Below, one piece after another: positions 53,478 through 64,000 of a stretch of 64,000 nt of DNA. The notes beneath the pieces were generated by a model. That model saw only the letters and a list, made by a program, of their open reading frames with translations, searched no databases and was not told where the DNA came from. Location: assembly GCA_051362555.1 (NCBI GenBank), contig CM120644.1, forward strand, positions 22,280,534 to 22,344,533, written 5' to 3'. The position numbers were made by a program, and so were the translations under genes. This stretch comes from Lingula anatina (taxonomy: Eukaryota > Animalia > Brachiopoda). Positions within the stretch are counted from its first letter, which is position 1, and every line of letters starts with the position of its first letter.

Positions 53478-56400
53478 ATGGAAGTCAATGATCGGTGAGT
53501 ATATAAAGAAAAACTTCTAATTTTGACGCTGTATGCTTGTTGATTTTTATATAAAGGTGCTGGAAGAGAAACGATGTATTAATTAGACGACAGACAGTAG
53601 TTTGGACTTGTGCAGAAAAACTACGATTTTGGTGAAAACATTGTATGTTGGTCGCTTAATTTCCATTTCTCAATCTCTGTCCACACCAGTATTTACTATA
53701 AAAGCGACAAAGTCGAATATTTTATCGCAAAAATGGCCACGCCTGTTATTGATGTTTATATCAAACTACCATCAGGAAAAACTACAACAGTGAATCTTCT
53801 ACCGTCGGCACAAGTGGTAAAGATCTACGAGCATGTCGCCAAAGAAGCGGGGGTCGGCGTGGGGCAGGTTCAATTGAAATACACAGGGAAAATCTTGAAA
53901 AAACAACACACGCTCGGATACCTGGGTGTCTGCAAGGAGACTATATTGAAAGCTGAGGTAAGTGGTTACCCGTAATATCGGTAAATGCATGTGATATTTA
54001 ATTGAAATTACATTAGTATTGACTTAAACAAGGATTAAAACTCAGGGAAGGACATATGAATATAATTTTTACATCAGATTTTAAGATTTTAATTTGCAGG
54101 CATATGTAGGTTTTATGTATTCATCAAGTTCATAAAAGTACAGAAGATTACATTGTATGTCATAGTTTTTGACATTCTGCCTCGTTGAGTCTCCCTCATG
54201 TCTGTACTTATAATTATAAGATATAAAGTGTAGAAATAAAAGAAATGTAGGTTTAGCTTAAAGTTACTGATATTCTCATACATTTGGTTAATTCCAGGTA
54301 ATTCCTTTGAAGAAGATTAATATATATGTGAAGAAGACAGGTGGAGAAACTTTACCTCTCACCATAGACAACACTTCCACTGTGCAGGAGATTAAAAATC
54401 AACTGGAAGTGAAAACTGACTCTGAGCCAGCAAAACAGATACTGAAGGTAGGTGAATTCATGTAGATTTACAAGTTTTGTATTTTATTATAATCTTTATG
54501 TATTAATTGTACACACTGGAAGTTGTTATATGCATTGATTGGAATGTAGAATGTCAAGAATAAATATTATTATTATTATTATTATTATTTACTTACTTTT
54601 GAAACTTTGGATTTTCAATCATATAGAATAAGATATTGGAAATTAAATTTCATTCAAGATAAAGAGAAAAATAATTCCTCAAAAGAAAGATATAGCTCAT
54701 TGTTTATATGAAACAATTGCTGCAATAGTGTTAAACTTTGGATATATGTGGCTGATATTCTGGTTTATCTTATCAATTATCAATGCATTTCATGACATAT
54801 TTGAAAGTTTATCTTCTTTAGTAGTCATTAATTAATATCCAACCTAAATGTGGAATTACAGTGACCTAAGATAAGATAAAGGTTTCCTTAGCCAATAATC
54901 ATACAAAATATATTACATAAGGAGTAAGTGCTCTAGCTGTAAAAGCACTGTTGTGTTAAAAAAAAAAACTGTATGATTAAAAAAAGGTTTAAGGCTTTGT
55001 ATTAAGAAGGAATATATAAAATCATTAACTATACCATTAAAAACTCAGAGCTTAAAAACTAAGTTAGAAGTTTTGAGCAGGATAGAAACTGTCACTCATG
55101 ATTGACACAGAGACTGTTTAATTTACTATATATACCCTCTCAAGGTAAGTGTGATCCCCAATGTTTGTGTTGAAGGAATTTTAATGGTTTTAATACATCA
55201 TGATTTCAGTTGTCAGGTGCGCTGCTGAAAGATAACAAAGAAACAGCCATCGAGGCTGGGATACACGATGAGGCTCTTCTGACTCTGGAGGTAAAAACAG
55301 CACCCGCGGAGGTTGTAGAAACAACAACAACTGTAGATGATACTGCTAGTGCGACGCAGATAGATGAAGAAATTAGCGAAGAAGATAGAGAGGTATAGTA
55401 CTGTTACAGGCCTACCCAACTACCAGACTCGGCACCGAATGATCCAGAATTCACCGGTAGATCAGACCACACTACCCGTTTTCAAGGTGTGTATCAGATC
55501 GCATTACACAGTATCATACCCTGAACAAATTTTGAGTGGTGATGCAATGCTTTTCAACCCCGCTGAGAATCGTCACTATCACATCGCATACTAGGCAAGA
55601 GCGGTGTCGCGTCTGATACTATGTAATGCGATCTGATACACACCTTGAAAACGGGTAGTGTGGTCCAATTTACCGGTGAATTCTGGATCATTCGGTGCCG
55701 AGTCTGGTAGTTGGGTAGGCCTGTGTTTTGTGAATGCTGTAATTGTGCTTTGAAAAATTTAAAGGTTTTCTTCTTATTCTTATTATGAACAATACTTCTT
55801 CCTCAGGATTTCCTGAATTAAAAGTCATGTCACAATTGCAAATGAAAAAAAATTTTTTTGAAAATATTATTACAAAATATTTTTGGTGTTAATGTGCATC
55901 ACAGTATTTTAATTCTATTTATCCAGGCAGTGCTGTCCACGTTTGATGCGGCAGGGAGGGCAGTAGAAGTCGTCTTTTCTTTCGACACCACCGGCAGCAT
56001 GTATTCAGTGCTTACGCAGGTAAACATATGTCTTAGAAGTGTTCTGAATTCATTTTCATCTTTTCTGATGTAAGAGGTTTGGTTTTCATTGGTTCTGGTT
56101 TGATGGTAAATTTTGAAAACTTTAAAATCTTTTAAAGTTTGACAAAACTCATTGGTTATAATTCAAAATTTAATGAAATGCATTGGTAATAATTTTTAAA
56201 AAATTAACAAAACTCTTAACTCAGCTTACAATACAGGTTATTTTAAACACTAAATTCATTTTCTCACAAACAATTTATCACAGACTGAAATGCAACATCT
56301 AATCATTTGATGTCTTTTGATGGTAGGTTAGAACGAAACTGAAAGACACAGTGACAAGACTGCTCCGAGACATCCCAAACATCCGTATTGGTATCATAGC

Positions 56401-56537
56401 CCACGGAGACTACTGTGACTACAACAAATATGTCCTGCGATCAGCTGACCTGACCTCTAGTGTGGACACGCTGGTGGACTTTGTCGAGATGGTGCCTGTC
56501 ACGTCTGGAGGTGACACACCAGAGGTAACTGCCTTGT

Positions 56538-56572
<35 letters not shown>

Positions 56573-58034
56573 TTATCTTTGTCTTTCCATTTATTTATTT
56601 TGGCTTTTAGTGAAAAGGGAGAAATGTTTCAAGAGAAATAAAACTCATTTTAGAGGGTTATTTATATTTAGGAAGGGAGCCAAAGTCAACGAAACTTCTT
56701 TCAATGAGAGAACTTTCTTACCACTCCAAACTGTATTCTTAATTAAAGTCAGAACTTTTTTCTTGTATATTTCTTCACTAACACAGACAAAAGAGAATAT
56801 CATTTACATTTTAACAAGACATCATTATGATTGGTGACTCTTTTCATCTTATTGTCAAATGAAGTTTTGCATTTAAATATTTAACTTCATCCGATCTAAC
56901 CACCAGAGAATTTATTTTGTATAAATAATATGTGATATAAGAGATGATCGAGGCAGTGGAGTAAATGTTACCCTTTTTTTTCTTTTCTTGTAGTGTTACG
57001 AGTGGGTCCTGAGAAAAGCCCAGCAGTTGGACTGGGCAGAAGATTCCGCCAAGGCTCTCGTCGTGATCGGGGACTGTGAGCCACACCCACCATCGTACAC
57101 AGACCAGAACATTAACTGGCATGATGAACTGGATGTCCTCTCTGGAATGGGGGTCAAGGTCAGCATAGAGTCAATGTCATTTAAAATACAGTATGGTCAA
57201 GGTCATTTGAATGTCTTGTATAACCTCAAGGCCATATGGCTTTAGTTTAAGTATTTTTGTATCAAGTTATAGGATGAATATTAACAAAATAAGCATTGGT
57301 GAATAATGTTTTCTTTGGTTATTGATAAAAAAATATTTTACTTTATATATTTATTTATTTATCTTTGTTAATTTTTATTTGTTTTCTAAATCATGTAGAT
57401 TCATCAAAACATAAAACAGTGATAAAATGGTCTTAAGTTATGTTTCCTCCCCAATATAGGTGTATGGAGTACAGGCCATGAATAACACGGACGTTAAGGA
57501 TTTTTATCAGGAGCTAGCAGAGAGATCAGGAGGAGCTTATATCACGTTTCAGCAGTTTGGGCTCATCACTGACATGTTCTTAGCAGGTAAAATCCCTCTG
57601 GTAAAATAAACAGTCATTTGTAAAGAGATTAAATCCCCCCCCCCCCCAAAAAAAAAAAAAAAAAATTCTTCGACCTATCATTTTGAAACTGCAGGTACAG
57701 AATTACTCTACAAAATAAATTATAAAAATAATCTTAATATTACTTTTGGAAACAGAACAGGGAGGGGTTCCTCCATCATGGAGAAAAATTCAGACCCTGA
57801 TATTGATTGATTATTGATTGATATTGAAAATATTGATTTGATTTCAGTCTGTTACACTCAGGCGGGCTCAGAACAGCTCCAGGCATTCAGTGAGGAGATG
57901 GAGATGACAGGAAGGATGACAGAGGAAGCCAAGGCTATGTTCTCACAACTAGAGGAGGTCAAGGTGAAGGAAGACACAGAGACAGATGTGGAGGAACACA
58001 GGGAAACTCCACAGGTAAAGAGAGTTATGGTATT

Positions 58035-58075
<41 letters not shown>

Positions 58076-58093
58076 ATAATAATAATTTATATG

Positions 58094-58129
<36 letters not shown>

Positions 58130-58157
58130 ATAATAATTTATATGTCATATGTGTGTC

Positions 58158-58189
<32 letters not shown>

Positions 58190-59024
58190 AGCTAACAAAG
58201 AGCAACCACAAAAATAGAGAAAGGACAGTGTGTGAGAAAGAGAAAAGATAAGAAGAGAGAGAGACAATTTAAAGAGATAGCAACTGTTCATTTTGGCCAA
58301 AAAAAATCTCTTTAAAAACTTGATGTTATCAGATTCTTCTTTTTCAAAATTATATTAAATCATCACTCTTGTTTTAGAATTTACCAAATCAACCAACCAA
58401 ATAGATTGCAAGTTTTTAAACGTGGCTATTTATATTTACAATTTTTTAATTAATAATTTCAAAGCTTGTTCCCTTGCTTACAGCGATATAAAAAGTGTGA
58501 CTGGTGGGACGTGACTTTGGACCACGGCTCTCCTCAGTACACCTATGATGCCCAGCGTGACACATGGTCACCTTTAACAGGTGAGAAATCATCCTCCTCG
58601 TCCTCCTCTAGCTCTTCCTCTCACCACAATCCTATGATGGTGATGTCACTCAAACGTGAGGAGGAGGATGGTAGTGTCATATCTACAGGTAAAAAAGGAT
58701 TTTTTTTTTTTTTTTTGTCTTTGAATTTTTGGAAGTGGATATTCATGCATTTAATAACCTAATTACCATCACTATTTTTATTATGTTTATTTATTCCCAT
58801 GGTAACAGAAGTTATATTTTGGTTAAAAGTGTAGCAATTTGACTGTTTTAGTCTCTTCAGTAGATTATTTCATCCTTTTCATTAATAGTTCCATTGATTT
58901 TATTAATTACATAGCAAATTGTTCTCAAATTTTACTAACTATCTTCAATCTCTTTTTTTTTTCAGAGTCAAAACCCAAAAGATGGTCACTAAGGAAATCA
59001 TTCAGAAAATGGTTCAGGAAATGA
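53478..59024 (+). CDS. Uncharacterised protein with two ubiquitin-like domains and a VWA (MIDAS) domain, about 523-543 aa
   Basis: Exons 53478-53494, 53690-53957 (alternative ATG 53733), 54298-54447, 55210-55392, 55927-56019, 56327-56524, 56994-57158, 57460-57586, 57848-58014, 58484-58688, 58966-59024 splice in frame. Ubl-like IDVYIKLPSGKTTTV and INIYVKKTGGETLPLTIDNTSTVQEIK; VWA VVFSFDTTGSM...GDYCD...GGDTPECYE...LVVIGDCEPH. Confidence 0.88.
55406..55724. mobile_element. Young long-TIR MITE
   Basis: ACAGGCCTACCCAACTACCAGACTCGGCACCGAATGATCCAGAATTCACCGGTA... with a near-perfect reverse complement ending at 55724; about 110-bp arms; gtt on both flanks. Confidence 0.85.
58039..58190. repeat. Compound (TG)n/(AG)n microsatellite
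   Basis: Two (tg)n runs each followed by aataataatttatatgtc, then (ag)n. Confidence 0.9.
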
Positions 59025-59260
59025 ACTGTGTTTTCTTGAAAACTTTTTAAATGTTCAGATACTAGAAATACATAGAGAGATGACACCAGCAGCCACAAGT
59101 GGTTTCACTTTGTTGATGGTTCTACTTTCTGGTCAAAATGAAACCATACACTGTAGCACTGTAGCTGCTTTATAAACATAGCAGTATCAAAGGCAGGGGA
59201 CACAGCAGATGCTGAGATTTAAAAATGATGTTTTGCTTAAAAACTGGTGCATGTAGATCA

Positions 59261-59662
59261 ACACTGAGCACATGAAGAAAGTTTTTTTAATTTTAATTAT
59301 TTAATTGGGTGTTATGTTTAAAGATGTTTTTGAGACAGTTATTCGAACTGAAAACTGGTGCATGCATTCATGGAGACTGCATAATTAGTTATTATATTTA
59401 TGACTGAAAACAGGTCTGCCAGTTCATGCATTCATGAAATATTTCTGGAACTTGACTATGTTTAATTGCATGTGGATGGGTCATTTACAGAGACTGTCTA
59501 TATATGTCAGACACTTTATTGACTGAAGGAGAAGTAAGATACTTCTCTTAGCCAGCATGGAGAACAGAAAAGGGGGAAAATTAAGTTTGTTCTGATATTT
59601 CAAAGAGCATGTGCACCTTTTTAAGAAATATGAAAGCTCCCCCTGCAGCCTTTGACTCTGCA

Positions 59663-59737
<75 letters not shown>

Positions 59738-59960
59738 GACCATCTATGGTTATGTAATAAAACAAAACATACTTTGAAATAAAATATGATTTTATTAATA
59801 ATGTATCTTTGTACTTTACTGCATCAAAGTGTTTTTAATAAAAATTAAGCATCCTTTATGTGCCACCAGCAATTAATTAATTAGCATATATTTATACATA
59901 TATACACACACATATATACACCAGCAATTAATTAATTAGCATATATTTATACATATATAT

Positions 59961-60000
<40 letters not shown>
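59261..60000 (+). repeat. Segmental duplication copy 1 (3' UTR/flank of the Ubl-VWA gene)
   Basis: tgagcacatgaagaaag...gcatcctttatgtgccacc...aattaattagc-(AT)n, collinear with 62622-63953. Confidence 0.9.
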
Positions 60001-60002
<2 letters not shown>

Positions 60003-60811
60003 TTTAACTGCCACCATTGCAAGTTAATGAATTGAATAATTGAAAAAAAATCCGGTATACTAATGTGGCTTGTCTTGGGCATCAATAGACGAATAGCATC
60101 GAACACGAGTTCCTTACCCTTTCCACAAACACCGTGGCTCTTTGAAACACAGTTGAAGCCAGTGAAATGATTATTTTACGGTGGTAAGCGGAAAGGATCG
60201 GATACCATCTGGGGAATTGACTGAAGGATGCTTCCGCTTCGTTCACATAAAGTTCACTTCATCTTCAAGAACAGTTACCTGAAAAACAATTCATTCCGAG
60301 CAGTTGTTTTTATACCCCCAGCCTGGCCCCAGGGGAGCTTAGTGTCATTCATCACTGTGATCAAATATCAGATCTTGTTTTAACCATCATTTCTTTGTTG
60401 TTCGCGAAAGAAGGTACATGTACTTCGACTTCACATATTTTTTTTTCACTTTGCTGAACAGTAGAACAACAGAAAAGCTGTGGAAGTAATGGTGGTATTA
60501 TAACAGGAAAACCAGGAATTAAAATGTGAATAATTGAAGTCAAAGGTTAAAAAATTTAAGGAGTGATCTCTGCAATACTGGCTTTTCATGAATGCATACC
60601 ACATGCAGAGAACAAATGTCTTTTTCGTAACAAGACGTTCAGAAGCAGCAGCAGCACTTATTGTTTTTGCCATGAAGAAAGGAGACAGCCACCTTCCAGA
60701 TCTGTGACAAGTCATCCATGAGTAACACTACATATACATGGACCTGCAGAAACCAGGGTGCATATTCTTAACAGAAGTGGAGAGCAACAACACAAGTGCA
60801 GGTGATTTGAT

Positions 60812-62594
60812 ATGTCAATGAAAAGGAATGAAATGGCTGGCATTGGAGAAAAACCATTCAAATGCCAGTATTGTGAAAAGAGTTTTCGTGTCAAAAGCAC
60901 ATGTGTACGACATGAAAGGACCCACACTGGAGAAAAACCATTTAAATGTCAATATTGTGAAAAGAGTTTTCGTGTCAAAAGGACATGTGTACGACATGAA
61001 AGGACCCACACTGGAGAAAAACCATTCAAATGTCAGTATTGTGAAAAGTGTTTTACGTATAAACAAAACTGCGCACAACATGAAATGATCCACACTGGAG
61101 AAAAACGTTATAAATGTCAGTATTGTGAAAAAGATTTTATTGAAAAAGGGAATTGTATGCAGCACGAAAGGACCCACACTGGAGAAAGACCATTCAAATG
61201 CCAGTATTGTGACAAGAGTTTTAGTGTCAAAAGCACATGTGTACGACATGAAATGATTCACACTGGAGAAAAACCATTTAAATGCCAGCATTGTGAAAAG
61301 TGTTTAAGTGTCAAAAGAGCATGTGTACGACATGAGGCGACCCACACTCGAGAAAAACCATTCAAATGTCAGTATTGTAATAAGAGTTTTAGTTTTAAAA
61401 GATCTTGCAAACAACATGAAATGATCCACACTGGAGAAAAAATATATAAATGTCAGTATTGTGAAAAAGGTTTTATTGAAAAATGGAATTGTATGCAGCA
61501 CGAAAGGACCCACACTGGAGAAAAAACATTCAAATGTCAGTATTGTAAAAAGTCGTTTATGTCTAAAAAAAACTGTACACAACATGAAATGACCCACACT
61601 GGAGAAAAACCATTCAAATGCCAGTATTGTAAAAAGTGTTTTATGTCTAAAAAAAACTGTGCACAACATGAAATGACCCACACTGGAGAAAAACCATTCA
61701 AATGCCAGTACTGTGAAAAGAGTTTTACTTTCAAAAGTCAGTGTAAACAACATGAAATGGTTCACACTGGAGAAAAGCCATTCAAATGTCAGTATTGTGA
61801 TAAGAGTTTTAGTGTTAAACAAAAGTGCACACGACATGAAATGATCCACACTGGAGAAAGTCTGTATAAATGTCAGTATTGTGAAAAAGGTTTTATTGAA
61901 AAACGGGATTGTACACAACATGAAAGGACCCACACTGGAGAAAAACCATTCAAATGTCAGTATTGTGATAAGAGTTTTAGTGTCAAAAGTGCATGTGTTC
62001 GACATGAAAGGACCCACACTGGAGAAAAACCATTCAAATGTCAGTATTGTGATAAGAGTTTTAGTGTCAAAAGTGCATGTGTACAACATGAAAGGAACCA
62101 CACTGGAGAAAAACCATTCAAATGTCAGTATTGCCAAAAGTGCTTTAGAGTTAAACAAACGTGTACCCAACATGAAAACACTCACAATGGGGGAAAAAAA
62201 ATTTAAATGCCAGTATTGTGAAAAGTGTTTTATTGAAAAACAGTGTTGTGTAGAACATGAAAAAACTCACACTGACCAAAAATTATTCAAATGCCTGCAT
62301 TGTGAAAAAAGTTTTAGCGTCAAAAATAAATGTGAACAACATGATATGATTCATGCCTTCTCAGACTATAAAAAGGAATTTGAAGAAGCGGATAATAGGA
62401 CAGTGGTTTCACTACAGTCTATAAAAAAGGAATTCCAAGATGATTATATGCCACATGGGCCAAAAGTAGAGATGGAAGCTTATACAGAATCTGAAGTCAA
62501 AATTAAGTTAAATGATGACAATGCTCCAGACGTGAGACCTGAGATCTATCCAGTAGCAATGTTTAGAAATGTGTTTGCAGACAATGATTATTGA
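60812..62594 (+). CDS. Tandem C2H2 zinc-finger protein (16 fingers, +1 frameshift, 2 more fingers and an acidic tail); possibly a pseudogene
   Basis: 28-aa repeats KCQYCEKxFxxKxxCxxHExxHTGEKP in 60812-62206. An extra base in GGGGGAAAAAAAA (about 62189-62201) moves the last two fingers to the frame ending at 62594. Decayed finger-like sequence with stops lies upstream (about 60550-60810). Confidence 0.85.
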
Positions 62595-62621
62595 TGAATG
62601 ATAATATAATAAAAAAAATAG

Positions 62622-63899
62622 ACATTGAGCACATGAAGAAAGTTTTTTTTAATTTTAATTATTTAATTGGGAGTTGTGTTTAAAGATGTTTTTGAGACAG
62701 TTATTTTAACTGAAAACTGGTGCATGCATTCATGGAGACTGCATTAGTAATTATATTTATGACTGAAAACACGTCTGCCAGTACATGCATTCATGGAATA
62801 TTTCTGGAACTTGACTACCTTAATTGCATGTGGATGGGTCATTTACAGAGACTGTCTACATACCAGGGTTGATTGATAAGTAGTGAGCCTCATATAGAAG
62901 GGGTACACATTTTACAAGTATTTTTCTTTATTTTTCAACATAGTCTCCTTGAGTATCTATACACTTTTGCCAGCGAGTTTTGAGAGCATCTATGCCACTT
63001 TTATAGAAGCTCTTCTCTTGGCCGTTCAGAAACCCCTCCACTTCACGTATGATGTCATCATCTGACACAAAGTGAGTACCTGAAATGGCCTTTTTCAATT
63101 TGGGAAATAGATAGTAGTCAGAGGGAGCAAGATCAGGTGAATAAGGTGGATGTTCTATCAGTTCAAAGCCACACTCTTTGATTGTAGCCATGGCAATGAC
63201 AGACTTGTGAGCTGGGGCATTGTCCTGGAGGAACAGTACACCTTTCCTGAGCTTTCCGCTGCCTCGTAGACATAAACTAACCAAATGACACCAAACTTCG
63301 GCTACATATGTATACCTTTAAATAGTCAGGGAATAGAAGGGCTGAAAAGGGATATCCCTGCTTAACCCCTTCCACACGAAGCTCACTACTTATCAATCAA
63401 CCCTCGTATATCAGACACTTTACTGACTGAAGAAGTAAAATTCTTCTGTTGGCCTGCATGAAGAGCAGAAAAAGGGGGAACACTTTGTTCTGATCTTCCA
63501 AAGATTACTTTTTTAAGAAATCTGAATGCTCCCTCTGCAGCCTTTGACTGTGCAATTTCATTTTTATACTAGTATATTGCATAATATGGCAGACCATCTA
63601 TGGTTACGTAATAAAACAAAACATACTTTGAAATGAAATATTATCTTCCAAGTGTACTTTTTAAGAAATATATAAATAAAAAAATTAGAAATGCGCCCTC
63701 TGCAGCCTTTGACTGTGCAATTTCATATGTATATATATTGCATAATATGGCAGACCATCTATGGTTATGTAATAAAACAAAACATACTTTGAAATAAAAT
63801 ATGATTTTATTAATAATGTATCTTTGTACTTTATTGCATCAAAGAGTTTTAAATGAAAATGAAGCATCCTTTATGTGCCACCCGTAATTAATTAATTAG

Positions 63900-63953
<54 letters not shown>
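62622..63953 (+). repeat. Segmental duplication copy 2 (with mariner insertion and an internal ~165-bp duplication)
   Basis: Collinear with 59261-60000; ctgcagcctttgactgtgcaatttcat...catactttgaaat is present twice (about 63535 and 63699). Confidence 0.9.
62863..63406 (-). mobile_element. Internally deleted Tc1/mariner (DD34D-type) transposon
   Basis: TIRs C(C/G)AGGGTTGATTGATAAGTAGTGAGC, TA TSD, and a minus-strand transposase C-terminus FLQDNAPAH...HPPYSPDLAPSDYYLF...W.KC...GDYVEK (62928-63284). Confidence 0.95.
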
Positions 63954-63962
<9 letters not shown>

Positions 63963-64000
63963 TTTTTCAGTTATGCAATTCATTAACTTGCAATGGTGGC

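Noticed and set aside
60170-60250. GC-richer stretch considered as a tRNA or other structured RNA
   Set aside because: No cloverleaf or convincing A/B boxes by eye; more likely promoter-like sequence upstream of the ZNF, but not supportable as a feature.
60815-62185. Minus-strand ORFs of 158 and 293 aa
   Set aside because: Antisense shadows of the 84-bp zinc-finger repeat.
62190-62200. G_GGA_AAA as a programmed -1 ribosomal frameshift site
   Set aside because: The downstream fingers are in the +1 frame, so a -1 shift would not restore them.
62928-63284. SETMAR or other domesticated transposase gene
   Set aside because: Only the C-terminal part is present, bounded by TIRs and a TA duplication; no SET or DNA-binding domain.

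Overview
AT-rich, intron-rich eukaryotic DNA; gene content and repeat types suggest an invertebrate, possibly a mollusc or other lophotrochozoan (inference). Reading splice sites by hand gives three multi-exon genes: an SLC38A11-like amino-acid transporter (minus, 13 coding exons, 3383-10492), RIF1 (minus, 31 coding exons, 30186-52358) and, head-to-head with RIF1, an uncharacterised Ubl-Ubl-VWA gene (plus, 53478-59024). An intronless, frameshifted 18-finger C2H2 zinc-finger ORF (60812-62594) lies between two copies of the VWA gene's 3' region. There are many non-autonomous DNA transposons (Helentron/HINE-like, PIF/Harbinger-like and hAT-like MITEs, an EnSpm/CACTA-like element, a deleted mariner). 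The strongest unexplained signal is that the three multi-copy minisatellites outside transposons (58, 84, 60 bp) and two 2-copy duplications (20, 59 bp) all straddle exon-intron junctions and multiply a splice site. The RIF1 array gives 11 in-frame donors, and every difference between its copies is synonymous. All calls are manual; no database search was run.
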